Shown piece by piece: positions 1 to 10,735 of a stretch of DNA of 64,000 nt. Below the pieces are notes generated by a model. That model was given only the letters and a program-made list of their open reading frames with translations, was not told where the DNA came from and did not search any database. How positions within the stretch are numbered: position 1 is the stretch's first letter; the number at the start of each line of letters is the position of its first letter. Source of the stretch: an uncultured Chloroflexia bacterium. GTDB lineage: Bacteria > Chloroflexota > Limnocylindria > QHBO01. Position numbers and translations under genes: made by a program. Where the stretch lies: assembly GCA_963825525.1 (NCBI GenBank), contig CAWGTN010000002.1:1824001-1888000 (forward strand), written 5' to 3'.

Positions 1-77
1 TGCCAGCCGGCCAGGAAGTCGTCGAGCCAGCCGGGCTGGCCCTCGTCCGTCGTCGTTTCAGGCGCTGTCGCCACCAT
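1..77 (-). CDS. 5' end of a gene running off the window (MVATAPETTTDEGQPGWLDDFLAGW...), possibly SnoaL/NTF2-like; third gene of the GMC operon
   Basis: ATG at 77 preceded by strong SD GAAGGAGGAG; overlaps the end of the upstream gene. Confidence 0.55.
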   Translation of the reverse strand, partial: MVATAPETTTDEGQPGWLDDFLAGW

Positions 78-609
78 GATCTCCTCCTTCCGGCTGACGC
101 TCGGTCGGCCAGTAGCGTTCTGCATAGGTCTGGGGCGCACTGCCCTGGATGACCGCGCGGGACCCGGTCGCAGGGTCGCGCCACACCGGGCCCCGGGCCA
201 CGACGGCGTCGATCAGCCCCTCCTCGAGGTACGGCGGGACGGTCCCGGTGGGCAGGTCGATGGCGAGCTGTCCGGGGTAGCCGATGAGCTCACGCACCCG
301 CCGGTCGGTGTAGTAGGCACCGACGATCGCCAGCTGGAGCGCCGCAAGGCTGTCGGGCTCGTCTCGCCCGAGAGTCTCGAGACGCCGATCGGGGTCGTCG
401 CCGAGCTCCGACCGGAGCGCGGAGGTGAGTGGCTCGGCGAGATCGGGCCGCGCGCGCAGCACGAATCCGATGCGCTCCGCGTCAACGACCACCCGCGCCG
501 ATGGCATGCCGTGAGCGTCCGGGATGAGCTTGTCCGCCACGTCGCCGAGGACGGCCATTGCTCCCTCGCCGAGGGTGCCGAGGGGATTGTCCGCGTCGCG
601 GCCGCTCAC
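58..609 (-). CDS. Gluconate 2-dehydrogenase subunit-3-like partner of GMC oxidoreductase
   Basis: ADKLIP...MPSA and GAYY...VRELIGYPG motifs; 4-nt overlap with GMC gene. Confidence 0.65.
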   Translation of the reverse strand: MSGRDADNPLGTLGEGAMAVLGDVADKLIPDAHGMPSARVVVDAERIGFVLRARPDLAEPLTSALRSELGDDPDRRLETLGRDEPDSLAALQLAIVGAYYTDRRVRELIGYPGQLAIDLPTGTVPPYLEEGLIDAVVARGPVWRDPATGSRAVIQGSAPQTYAERYWPTERQPEGGDHGGDSA

Positions 610-2216
610 GCCGGCACCTGCTGCTCGAAGCGCGTCTCGATCATGTGCTCGGCCGCGCGCAGCGCCAGCGCCACGATCGTCGAGGTCGGATTCACGCCGC
701 TCGACGTCACGAAGCAGCTTCCGTCCACCACGTACAGGTTCGGGACGTCGTGCGTGCGGTTCCAGCGGTCGAGGACCGACGTCTCGCGGTCATCGCCCAT
801 GCGCGCCGTGCCGAGCAGGTGCCAGCCGGAGTAGCGCATCAGGCGATCGACCTCGATGGTGTGGGCACCGGCCTCGAGGAGCGACTCGGTCGCGCGCTCG
901 ATGTGGAAGTCGAGCATCTTCCTGGCGTTGTCGCCCATGGCGTACTGGATGGCCGGCGCCGGGATGCCGCTCGTGTCGCTGATGGTGGATGACAGGGTCA
1001 CGCGGTTCGCCTCGTCGGGCAGGTCTTCGGCGAAGAGCCCCCAGTTCGCACCATGGCCGAGATGTGAGCGGACGTGAAGGTGGTGATCCGGACCCCAGAC
1101 CTGGGTGCCGGCCCGGCTCGGCAGGGCCGTGTTGATCGGCCCGCCCGTCGGGGCGAGGCCCCAGCGCGCTCCGCGAACGAATCCACGACGCTCGTCGGTC
1201 TCGTAGAACTCGAGCGACTCGATGAGGTCGCCGAACTGTCCCTGCCAGCTCATGAGAGGCTCGTCGAACAGGCCGGCGACGTTGGCGAACGGATGCATCA
1301 TCAGCCGCTTTCCGACGAGCCCCGACGAGTTCGCCAGTCCATCGGGATGGCGGTCATCGGCTGACAGGAGGAGCAGGCGCGCCGTCCCGATCGCGTTCGC
1401 TGCCAGGACCACGACCTTGGCGGGCTCGAAATGCTCCGCCCCGTCACGGTCGACCCACGTCGCGCCGGTGGCCAGGCCACGGGCGTTCGTCTCGATGCGT
1501 CGCACCCGTGCCCCGGTCACCAGGCGCGCCCCCTTGGCGATCGCCTTCGGCCAGTGGGTCAGGTCGGTCGATGCTTTGGCGCCCTCGTTGCAGCCCGACT
1601 GGCAGGTGCTGCGCTGGACGCACGGCCGCCGCCCGTCGTACGGCGCGGACAGGATCGAGTTGAACTCGGGCCACCAGTGCCAGCCCAGGCGGGTGTGGGC
1701 GCGGGCCACCCTGAGCCCGGCCGCGCCGATCGGCAGCGGAGGCAGCGGCGGGTCCTCGGCGTCGGGTGGATAGGCGGGATCACCGGCCAGGCCCGATACC
1801 CCGAAGTCGCGATCGGTCTGGCGGAAGTAGGGGAGGAGCTCGTCGTAGGTCAGCGGCCAGTCATCGGCAATGCCGTCGAGGGAGCGCACGCGAAAGTCGG
1901 AGGGCAGCATCCGCGGCCAGGCTCCGGCGAAGATGAGCATCGAGCCGCCGACCGCGCTGTACATGAGCGGCGAGACCGGGCTGTTCTCCTCGATCGGGTA
2001 GTCCTCGGGCAGGCCTCGAATGTTCGGGCTGGTGGCCCACTGCTTCCTGGCGGCCAGCTCCCAGTCCAGGTGCGCGCCCGGGTACTCGGCTCGGTCGTGC
2101 CAGTCGCCCTGCTCGAGGCAGACGACTCCGTAGCCCGCCTCCGCCAGCCGCCTGGCCACCACGCCGCCGGAAGCACCGGCGCCCACGATGAGAACGTCTG
2201 CTGGTTCGACGGCCAA
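606..2216 (-). CDS. GMC family oxidoreductase
   Basis: GAGASG FAD motif; C-terminal HLLGTARMG and VVDGSCF...GVNPT; SD AAAGGAG. Confidence 0.9.
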   Translation of the reverse strand: MAVEPADVLIVGAGASGGVVARRLAEAGYGVVCLEQGDWHDRAEYPGAHLDWELAARKQWATSPNIRGLPEDYPIEENSPVSPLMYSAVGGSMLIFAGAWPRMLPSDFRVRSLDGIADDWPLTYDELLPYFRQTDRDFGVSGLAGDPAYPPDAEDPPLPPLPIGAAGLRVARAHTRLGWHWWPEFNSILSAPYDGRRPCVQRSTCQSGCNEGAKASTDLTHWPKAIAKGARLVTGARVRRIETNARGLATGATWVDRDGAEHFEPAKVVVLAANAIGTARLLLLSADDRHPDGLANSSGLVGKRLMMHPFANVAGLFDEPLMSWQGQFGDLIESLEFYETDERRGFVRGARWGLAPTGGPINTALPSRAGTQVWGPDHHLHVRSHLGHGANWGLFAEDLPDEANRVTLSSTISDTSGIPAPAIQYAMGDNARKMLDFHIERATESLLEAGAHTIEVDRLMRYSGWHLLGTARMGDDRETSVLDRWNRTHDVPNLYVVDGSCFVTSSGVNPTSTIVALALRAAEHMIETRFEQQVPA

Positions 2217-2281
2217 GGCTCACTCCTTTCGCGGGGGTCGGGTGACGCGGCGGTGGCCGCGCGCGCCGGTGGTGAGCCTAC

Positions 2282-2295
2282 AGTAAACGTTTCCT
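2282..2295. promoter_or_regulatory. LacI-family-like operator AGTAAACGTTTCCT upstream of GMC operon
   Basis: 14-bp near-perfect palindrome with AAACGTTT core in an AT-rich intergenic patch. Confidence 0.5.
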
Positions 2296-2313
2296 ATGCT
2301 GCTGAAAACCCCG

Positions 2314-3471
2314 TCAATCCGCCGACGCGACCGCCACGCGCGGCAGGCGCGGCCCGAGGGTCGAGAGCACCTCGTTCGGGATGGTTCGGCGATGGCGCGC
2401 GATCTCATCCACGCCGATCCGCTCCGTGCCCTGCGCTCCCAGGAGCACGATCTCGTCTCCGGGCCCGAAGCCCGGGACGTCGGTCACATCTGCGCAGACG
2501 GAGTCCATGGAGACCCGCCCGACGAGCGGCACGCGTTGTCCACCGGCCAGCGCCGTGGATCCCGGCCATGACGCACGCGGCCATCCGTCCGCGTAGCCGA
2601 TGGCGACCGTCGCGACGCGCGATTCCCGTGCGGCCGTCCATTCGCCTCCGTATCCGAGCGAGGCGCCGCTCGGCAGGGTCTCGAGTCGCACGGGCCGAGC
2701 CTTGATCGTGAGCGCCGGCCGCAGCCGCGCGGCCGCCTCGGCACGCTCCGGGTGCACCTGGAAGCCGAGCCCGAGCTCGCCATAGAACGCAAGCCCGATG
2801 CGGACCAGGTCGTAGGCGGGTGCCGTGGCCGCCAGGAGACCCTCGCTGGCAAGCAGATGGCGGGTCGGCATCGCCCGCCCCTCGTCGGAGAGATCGGCGA
2901 GCATCGCGTCGAAACGGGCCGCCTGCTCCCCGGATACGGTGGGGTCGCGGCCGTCGGCGAGGTGCGACCAGATGCCGCTCAGCTCGACCCGATCGGCCAT
3001 GCGGATGGCCCGAACCGCCTGCCGTGCGGCGTCCGGGGCCACGCCGCCGCGGCCCATCCCGGTATCGACCTCCAGGTGCAGCCGCAGCGGTCCGCCCTTC
3101 GTGCGCGCCGCGCCCCAGGCGTCGAGCGTCCGTTCCACGGACGAGAGGCCGGACACGCAGACCGCGATGTCGGCCGCCGCCGCATCGGCCACGGCGTCAG
3201 GGGGGATCGGGTACACGACGAGAATCGGCGCGCGAATGCCGGTGGCTCGCAGGTCGAGCGCCTCCTGCAGCCCGGCGACGATGAGTTGATCGGCCCCGCC
3301 TGCCAGCGCAGCGCGTGCGCCGATCTCCAGGCCGTGACCGTAGGCATTCGCCTTGACGAGCACGCCGAGCGCGGCTGATGCGGGCGTGATGGCTCGCAGC
3401 GCGCGGGCGTTCTCCGAGAGCGCCGAGGTATCCACCTCGATCCAGGTTGGGTGCATGCGGGGATCGGCCAC
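2314..3471 (-). CDS. alr: Alanine racemase
   Basis: VKANAYGHG PLP lysine, DTGMGR, GYADG, GRVSMD motifs. Confidence 0.9.
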   Translation of the reverse strand: MADPRMHPTWIEVDTSALSENARALRAITPASAALGVLVKANAYGHGLEIGARAALAGGADQLIVAGLQEALDLRATGIRAPILVVYPIPPDAVADAAAADIAVCVSGLSSVERTLDAWGAARTKGGPLRLHLEVDTGMGRGGVAPDAARQAVRAIRMADRVELSGIWSHLADGRDPTVSGEQAARFDAMLADLSDEGRAMPTRHLLASEGLLAATAPAYDLVRIGLAFYGELGLGFQVHPERAEAAARLRPALTIKARPVRLETLPSGASLGYGGEWTAARESRVATVAIGYADGWPRASWPGSTALAGGQRVPLVGRVSMDSVCADVTDVPGFGPGDEIVLLGAQGTERIGVDEIARHRRTIPNEVLSTLGPRLPRVAVASAD

Positions 3472-3502
3472 GCGGCATTCTAGTCAGGCGGACGGTTCCG
3501 TC

Positions 3503-3535
3503 TTGACCGATTCGCCGACGATCTTCGATAATCGA
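3503..3535 (+). promoter_or_regulatory. Promoter TTGACC-N18-GATAAT overlapped by palindrome TCGATAATCGA (putative GntR operator)
   Basis: Direct sequence; same palindrome class recurs at 12535-12545. Confidence 0.55.
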
Positions 3536-3602
3536 TCATCCCAGGCCGAGCGACCGGCCTCCGTCTCTGCGACGACGACTCCCGTACTCCGGAGGGTTCC
3601 CG

Positions 3603-4415
3603 ATGACGACCACCCCGCCCACGGCAGCGGCCGACGAGCTGAGCCGGTTCCGGCTGGACGGCCGGGTGGCGGTGGTGTCCGGTGGAGCCGGTGGCATCGG
3701 CAGCCGCCTGAGCCTGGCACTCGCCGGAGCCGGCGCCCGGGTCGCCGTGCTCGGACGCTCGGCGGCGGAGGCAACCGATCTCGCCTCGGCCATCGAGGGG
3801 GTCGGATCGGAAGCTCATCTCGTCTCGGTGGACGTGACCCGCCGCGCCGACGTCAATCGGGCGATGGACGAGATCGTGGAGCGGTTCGGGCGGGTCGACA
3901 TCATCGTCAACGCGGTCGGCGGAGGAGCCGGGACAGCCCTCTATCCCGCGGAGGAGTATCCCGAGGACGAGTTCGACCGGATCATGGACCTCAACTTCCG
4001 CAGCGACCTCCTGCCGACGCAGGCCGCGGCCCGGGCCATGATCGCGGGCGGACGCGGCGGACGGGTGCTGCATATCTCGTCGGTGCGCGGGCAGCTCGGC
4101 ATCAACCAGGGCTTCTCCGCATACGTGGCGGCCAAGGGCGCGATCAACTCGCTGACGCGACAGCAGGCGACCGAGTGGGCGAAGCACGGAATCACGGTCA
4201 ACAGCATCGCCCCCACCTTCGTGGCGACGCCCCAGGTCGAGAGCCTGCTCGCCGACGAGGACTTCAAGCGCGGCCTGCTCGCCCGCATCCCGCTCGGTCG
4301 GGTGGCCGACACCGATGACCTCGTCGGCGCCGTGCTCTTCTTCTGCTCGGACGCATCGGCCTTCGTCACCGGTCAGATCCTGACCCTGGACGGTGGGCTG
4401 ACAGCGACCCAGTAG
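3603..4415 (+). CDS. SDR family oxidoreductase (gluconate 5-dehydrogenase/KduD-like)
   Basis: SGGAGGIG, YVAAK, TGQILTLDGG. Confidence 0.9.
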   Translation: MTTTPPTAAADELSRFRLDGRVAVVSGGAGGIGSRLSLALAGAGARVAVLGRSAAEATDLASAIEGVGSEAHLVSVDVTRRADVNRAMDEIVERFGRVDIIVNAVGGGAGTALYPAEEYPEDEFDRIMDLNFRSDLLPTQAAARAMIAGGRGGRVLHISSVRGQLGINQGFSAYVAAKGAINSLTRQQATEWAKHGITVNSIAPTFVATPQVESLLADEDFKRGLLARIPLGRVADTDDLVGAVLFFCSDASAFVTGQILTLDGGLTATQ

Positions 4416-4417
4416 CC

Positions 4418-5292
4418 ATGCAGCAGGTCACCCCGAACGTCCGCACGGCCACCGATATCCGCGGCTGCAACCCGAGCTACGTGACGACCGCCGACGGGGT
4501 GGTGGTGATCGACACGCCGCAGCTGCCGACGCGGGCCGTGGCCATGCGCGAGGAGGCGGAGGCGTTCGGGCCGATCCGATACGTGGTGAACACCGAGCAC
4601 CACGTCGACCACATCTTCGGCAACTACTACTTCAAGGGCGCCGGCCGGATCGTCCATCACCAGGGCGTGGCGGACAACTTCATGGTCGTCGGGCCGATCC
4701 TCGACCCATTCGCGTACGCCGCCGAGGCGATTCCCACCAACGACCCCGAGGGCGCCGGCATCTTCCCGGAGCGCGACGTCTACGAGGCCGATCCGAACCG
4801 AGGCCAGATCGTGTTCAGCGGGCGACCTTACGCTGGACGTCGGCGAGCACACGTTTCGAGCTCATCCACACGCCCGGGCACACGCCGGGCCAGGTGGCCG
4901 TCCACGTTCCCGCCGAGCGCGTGGTGTTCACCGGTGACACCGTGTTCAGCGAAGTCCAGACCTGGCTCATGGCCTCCGACATCGAGGAGTGGGTGATCGC
5001 CCTGGACCGCATCGCCGCCCTCGACGTGGACCACGTCGTGCCCGGCCACGGCCCGGTGACGACCACGGCCTACCTGGCGACCCAGAAGGCGGTCCTGCTC
5101 GAGTGGCGAGCTGCGGTGGCCGATGCGGTGGCCAGGGGCTGGTCACGCGAGGAGACGATCGCCCGGGTGAACTTTGCGGACCGCTTCCCGGTCGACATCG
5201 GGCAGGAGTACATGATGGAGTACATCCAGAAGCACAACGCCGGCGCGCTGTGGGACCGGCTCAGTGCCCCATTCCGTCGAGGCCCGAGCTGA
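4418..5292 (+). CDS. MBL-fold metallo-hydrolase (frameshifted near 4820-4860)
   Basis: NTEHHVDH motif, then PGHTPG, FTGD and VPGHG in another frame. Confidence 0.8.
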
Positions 5293-6179
5293 GCGACTAT
5301 CACCTCCACCTCCATCCACACACGCCGGTCCCCGGTGCCCCGCCGATGGGCGTCTATCCGCCGGGATACATCGACCGCTACGTCGAGGCGGCGCTGGCCC
5401 GCGGGGTGCGCGAAATCGGCTTCACCGAGCACCTGTACCGATGCGTGGAGTCGGAGCCGGCCCTCGGCCGGTGGTGGGAGCGCGACGCTGATCCGCGACT
5501 CGGAGCCGAGTTCGGTGAATGGATTGCCGGGCAGCGCACGCTCTCGCTCGAGCGTTACGTGGAGGTCGTCCTCGACGCCAAGGCGCGCGGCCTGCCCGTC
5601 AAGCTCGGACTCGAGGTGGACTTCGTCCCCGGAACCGAGCGGGCCGTGCTCGACCTGCTGTCCGGGATCCCGTTCGACTACCTGGTGGGGTCGATTCACT
5701 GGATCGGCGCCTGGAACTTCATGCGTGACTCGGCGGTGGCGGAGTTCGCTCAGCGCGGAGCCGACCGGGTATTCGCCGAGTACTTCGCCCTCGAGGCGAG
5801 CCTTGCTGCATCGGGAATGGTCGATGCGCTCGCCCACGTGGACGTCATCACCCGGCACCGCATCCGCCCGGATGGCAGCCTGGCCGATCTCTACCGGCCC
5901 GTTGTCGCGGCGGCGGTTGCCAGCGGCACGGCGGTGGAGGTGTCGAGCGCCGGGCTGCGTCACGAGGTCGGCGTGGTCTATCCCGCGCCCGAGTTCCTCT
6001 CGCTCTTCCATGAAGCGGGTGTCGGCATCACGCTCGCAAGTGACGCGCATCTCCCCGAAGACGCCGGATGGGGCCACGACGAGGTCCTTGTCGCCGCGCG
6101 CCGGGCGGGCTACCGCGAGTACCTCCGCTTCTCGGCGCGCCAGCGTCTGCCCACGCCGTTGGCGGGCGAGGACTCCTAG
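5289..6179 (+). CDS. PHP-domain phosphatase (HisJ histidinol-phosphatase family)
   Basis: DYHLH, FTEH, GLEVD, GSIH, SDAH motifs; start uncertain (CTG overlapping upstream stop). Confidence 0.8.
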   Translation: MSDYHLHLHPHTPVPGAPPMGVYPPGYIDRYVEAALARGVREIGFTEHLYRCVESEPALGRWWERDADPRLGAEFGEWIAGQRTLSLERYVEVVLDAKARGLPVKLGLEVDFVPGTERAVLDLLSGIPFDYLVGSIHWIGAWNFMRDSAVAEFAQRGADRVFAEYFALEASLAASGMVDALAHVDVITRHRIRPDGSLADLYRPVVAAAVASGTAVEVSSAGLRHEVGVVYPAPEFLSLFHEAGVGITLASDAHLPEDAGWGHDEVLVAARRAGYREYLRFSARQRLPTPLAGEDS

Positions 6180-8438
6180 CCCTCGGCGCTTCGGTCACGG
6201 ATGGCTCGCCAGATCCGTTCGGGCGTGATCGGCAGATCTCGGAGGACGACGCCGGTGGCATCGGTCACGGCCGACGCGATGGCCGGAGCGGTCGACAGCA
6301 GCCCACTCTCACCGGTGCCCTTCGACCCGTACGGGCCGGGTCCGTCCTCGTTCTCGATGAACAGCGAGGTCATCTCGAGGGGCACGTCCTTGGTGGTCGG
6401 GATGCGGTAGTCGAGCGCGCCGAGATTCGCGACCCGACCGACCTCGTCGAACACGAGGTGCTCCATGAGGGTCTGGCCGATGCCCATGATCGCGGCGCCC
6501 TCGTCCTGCATCGCCACGTGGCCCGGATTCAGTGCCTTGCCGACGTCCGACACGGTCACGTGACGCAGGAGCTCCACCTCGCCGGTCTCGGAGTCCACCG
6601 CCACCTCGGAGGCGGTGCAGCTGAACTCGTAGAAGGCCGCGTGCCCGCCGAGCGGATGCCCCGCAACGTGGGCGCCGCGTCGCTCGCCGGTGCCGATGAC
6701 CTCGCCAAGCATCGGCCCGAAAGCCCGCGTCATGATCTCGACGAAGCCGACCTCCCGGTCGCCGATGCGCAGAACGCCATTGCCGGGCTCAACCTCCTCC
6801 GGCGGCACCTGCTCCAGCTCGGCCGCCATCTCGCGCACCTTTGCCTTGACGTCCCGGCAGGCGTTCAACACGGCCGTGCCCATGAATACCGTCGAGCGGC
6901 TGGCCGAGGTCTGCATGTCGTACGGCGCGGCCGACGTGTCACCCATGACGATGTCAACCCGCTCGAGGCCGACGCCGAGCTCCTGCGCGGCGATCTGCGC
7001 CAGCACCGTCCGCGCGCCCTGGCCCATGTCGGAGGTCCCCGCCAGCACCGTGACGCTTCCGTCATGCAGCAACCGAACGATTGCATACGAGGCCCCGGTG
7101 GTCGCGGACGACTTGATTCCCAGCGCGATGCCCCGGCCCCGTCCCTTCGGGGTCGGCGTTCCCCAGCCGATGGCGTCGGCGGCGGCTCGCACGGCCTGCT
7201 CCCACTCGCCATCGGCCGGCGTGTCGCCCGCGCCGCGCACGATCGCCTCGCCACGTCGCGCCAGGTTGCGGAGCCGGATCTCCAATCGGTCCATGCCCAG
7301 CAGACGCGCACCCTCGTCCATCTGCGATTCGAAGGCCCACGCCATCTGCGGGCTTCCGAAGCCGCGCAGTGCGGTGGCCGGTGGCGTGTTCGAGAGGAGT
7401 GCGCGCACGTGGATCCGCGCGTGCGGGACGCGGTACGGCCCACAGGCCAGGTAGCTGCTCTTCGAGACCACGCGGTGGCCGATGTCCGCGTACGCCCCGA
7501 GCAGTCCGTCGCTGACGATGTCCTGGAAGGCGATGGTCCCGTCGCGCTCGAAGCCCGTGCGGATCGGCGATCTCGAAGGTGGGTGATCTGACCGCCTGGA
7601 ACGTCTCCTCCAGGGTGAGGATGAGGCGGACCGGGCGCCCGGTCCGCAGCGCCAGCAGCGCCAGCAACGGCTCGAACTTGGCGTGCTGCTTGCCGCCGAA
7701 TCCACCGCCCGGGTCGGGGGCGAAGACGCGGACGCGCGAGAGCGGCATGCCCAGCGTCTCCGCGACAAGGCGCTGGAGCACGTAGGGATGCTGGATGGAG
7801 CTCCAGATGGCCACGCCGTCGCCGTCGGGCGCGGCCATGAACCCATGGGGCTCGATCGCGAAGTGGGTGGTTGAGGCGGCGGTGTATCGGCGTTCGACCA
7901 CGTGCTCGGCGGTCGCGCCCTCCACGTCGCCCCAGCCGAATCGCCACTCGGTGAGGATGTTCGTGGCGCGGAACTCGTCGTCCGCTGCTCGCAGCTGCGG
8001 GTTTCGGACGAGCGGGGACGCGGGGTCGAGCGCCTGCGCGACGGTCAGCACCGCGGGGAGGGCCTGATGCTCGACGCGCACCAGGCGCGCCGCCTCGTCG
8101 GCGGCATCCCGCGTTTCGGCCACGACCGCCGCCACCGGCTCGCCGTGGTACGTCGTCTCGTCAACGGCAAGCAGCGGCCGGTCGGCGTAACCGGGTCCGA
8201 AGCGCGGAACAGGTTGCGGCAGCTGCTGTGCGGTGACCACGGCGATGACGCCCGGGACGCGTTCAGCGGCGGCCGTGTCGATCCGGTCAATCCTGGCTCG
8301 GGCGACGTCGAGATGCACCAGCCGCACGTGCTGGACTCCCTCGAGCGCGATATCGGCAACGTAGCGCTGCGCACCGTTGACGCGTTCGGTCCCGCCGATC
8401 CGTCGCTCCGACCTGCCGATCGGATCTGGACGCGTCAC
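6176..8438 (-). CDS. Xanthine dehydrogenase family molybdopterin-binding (large) subunit; frameshift near 7562
   Basis: GGGFGGK, ALRGFG, GQGART, SKGTGE motifs across two frames. Confidence 0.85.
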
Positions 8439-8921
8439 CGGTCGTCCTCCCGCCGACTCCGCCGCGACGCCCACGGCCTCGCAGATCTGGTTGTAGCCGC
8501 CACATCGGCACAGGTTGCCGGACAGTCCCTCGCGGATCTCCGCCGCGGTTGGACGCGGGATGCGCGCCAGCAGGTACTCGGCCGACATGACCATTCCCGG
8601 GATGCAGAACCCGCACTGGACGCCGCCGGTGGCGAGGAACGCGTCCTGGACCCGATCCAGGCGGTCGCCGTCTGCCAGTCCCTCGACAGTCGCCACGTCC
8701 CGGTCCGCGGCCTCGACCGCGAGCACGAGGCACGAGTTCACCGCGTGGCCGTCGAGCAGCACGGTGCACGCTCCACATTCACCCTCCGCACAGCATTCCT
8801 TGGTCCCCGTGAGGCCGATGTCGTCGCGCAGCATGTCGAGAAGGGTGTGGTGGACCGGGACGTCGACCTCGCGGCGCGTCCCGTTGACCCGCACGGACAT
8901 GCGCATGCGGTCGGTGGTCAC
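8435..8921 (-). CDS. Xanthine dehydrogenase family (2Fe-2S) small subunit; reads in frame into the large subunit as assembled
   Basis: CAEGECGAC...C and QCGFC...NLCRC motifs. Confidence 0.85.
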
Positions 8922-9772
8922 GCTGCGCCTCCGGCCAGGTTGGCCAGCGCGCGGTCGAGCGCGCGCCGGCTCAGCACCAGGAGCATCGCCTCGCGGTACT
9001 CGCGGCTGGCCCGCACGTTCGAGATGGGTGCCGCCTGCGACGTGAGGCGGGCGAGGATCTCCTCACGGTCGGCGGGTGCGGCGCTCAGATCCGCCAGGTC
9101 GCCGGTCTCGTCCGAGACCAGGAACGCGCGGGGGCCGACCGCGCCGTAGGCGAAGGTCGTGATGCCTGATGCGGAAACCGTGCACGCCAGGTTCACGGTT
9201 GCGAGGTCGACGCCGCGCCTCCGCGTCATGCGCCCGAACGATGATCCGCGGCGCTCGGTCGGCATCGGCAGCTCGATGGCGCTGACAATCTCGCCGGATC
9301 CGAGAACGGTCCGGCCCGGGCCGGTGAGGAACTCGTCGAGGGAGACGCGACGCGTGCCCGCAGAGCTGGTGAGCTCCACCACCGCTCCGTACACGAGCAA
9401 CGGAGGCACCGTGTCGGCAGCGGGGGAGGCGTTGCAGATGTTGCCGGCCAGCGTCGCGCGGTTCCGAATCTGGATCGAGCCCACCACGCTCGCCGCCTCG
9501 ACCAGCGCGGGAAAGTCGTGGCCGATCAGATCGTCCTCGATCAGCGAGGTGATGACCGCCGTGGCACCGATTCGCACCGATGACGCCCGCCGTTCGATGC
9601 CGGATTCCAGCTCAGCGACCCGCTTGATGTCGATGACGAGCGGTGCGTGGAACTTGCCCTTCCGCAGGCCGACGATGAGGTCAGTGCCACCGCACAGGAC
9701 GCGGGCCTGCGGCGCGTCGCGCAGCAGCTCGAACGTCTCGGCGAGCGACTCCGGTCGAGCGTAGGCGAACAT
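8918..9772 (-). CDS. Xanthine dehydrogenase family FAD-binding (medium) subunit
   Basis: GGTDL, QIRNRATLAGN, ASPAAD. Confidence 0.9.
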   Translation of the reverse strand: MFAYARPESLAETFELLRDAPQARVLCGGTDLIVGLRKGKFHAPLVIDIKRVAELESGIERRASSVRIGATAVITSLIEDDLIGHDFPALVEAASVVGSIQIRNRATLAGNICNASPAADTVPPLLVYGAVVELTSSAGTRRVSLDEFLTGPGRTVLGSGEIVSAIELPMPTERRGSSFGRMTRRRGVDLATVNLACTVSASGITTFAYGAVGPRAFLVSDETGDLADLSAAPADREEILARLTSQAAPISNVRASREYREAMLLVLSRRALDRALANLAGGAA

Positions 9773-9780
9773 CGGCGTCG

Positions 9781-10443
9781 TCAGCCCGTCTCGAGGACCT
9801 GGCTCTCGGCCTGGCGTGCATGCGTGCGCATGACGTCGGCCGCGGCATCGGGATCGCGCGCTTCCAGGGCATCGAGAATCGCGACGTGCCGCTCGGCGAG
9901 CCAGTGGAGGTCAGCGCCGGGGACCGACGCGGTGAGATAGGATCGCGCAAAGGGCTCGAGCATCGACCACATTCGCTGGAGCGTCCGGTTGCCCGATGCC
10001 GTGATGACGCAGGTGTGGAACTCGGAGTTCTGCTGTGCCTGGGCGTGCGCGTCGCCGGCATCGGCACTCGCGCGCATCGCGTCCAGCAGCTCGCGCATCC
10101 GGGTCAGTGTCTCGGGGCTGATGAGCCTGGCCGCGCTTCGGGCCGCGATCGCCTCGAGCTCGCCGCGCAGCTCCATCGCCTCGACCAGCTCCTGGGGGTC
10201 CGGTTGGCGGACCCGCGCGCCGCGGTACGGATGCATCTCCACCAGGCCCAGCGTGGCCAGATCCCGGAGTGCCTCGCGCACCGGTGCCTGGCTTGTCCCG
10301 AGCTGCCGCGCGATCCGGGTCTCGATGATCCGTGATCCCGGAGCGAGCTCTCCCTCGAGGATCCACTGCAGCATCCGGTCCTTGACCTGGGCGCTCAGGA
10401 CGCTGCGCGCGAGTGGGATCCCGGAGGAATCGAGGGCGGCCAT
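9781..10443 (-). CDS. GntR-family (FCD) transcriptional regulator
   Basis: wHTH (LGTSQAPVREAL) plus FCD domain (NSEFH...H). Confidence 0.9.
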   Translation of the reverse strand: MAALDSSGIPLARSVLSAQVKDRMLQWILEGELAPGSRIIETRIARQLGTSQAPVREALRDLATLGLVEMHPYRGARVRQPDPQELVEAMELRGELEAIAARSAARLISPETLTRMRELLDAMRASADAGDAHAQAQQNSEFHTCVITASGNRTLQRMWSMLEPFARSYLTASVPGADLHWLAERHVAILDALEARDPDAAADVMRTHARQAESQVLETG

Positions 10444-10444
10444 G

Positions 10445-10735
10445 TCAGTCCATGGTCACATACAGGGCGCGTTCACGGCGCTCCAGGCGCGGGACGGCCT
10501 CACCGCGCACGAGCCGCTCGAAGTGCTCGGTCGCGAGGTGTGCCTGGAAGCCGGCCTCGTCGTCGTACTGCTCGTACAGGAAGAAGTCGTGGGGATCCTC
10601 CGGCGATTGGTGAGTGATGAAGAGGCGACAGGCGGGCTCGGCGCGCACGAGCGGCGCAATCTCGCCGAGCAGCCGTCGGACCTCGTCCTCCTCGCCGTCC
10701 CTCGCTCGCCAGGTCGCGGCGACCACGTAGGTCAT
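10445..10735 (-). CDS. Antibiotic biosynthesis monooxygenase (ABM) family protein
   Basis: RAEPAC, FFLYEQY, HLATEHF; 96 aa. Confidence 0.85.
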   Translation of the reverse strand: MTYVVAATWRARDGEEDEVRRLLGEIAPLVRAEPACRLFITHQSPEDPHDFFLYEQYDDEAGFQAHLATEHFERLVRGEAVPRLERRERALYVTMD

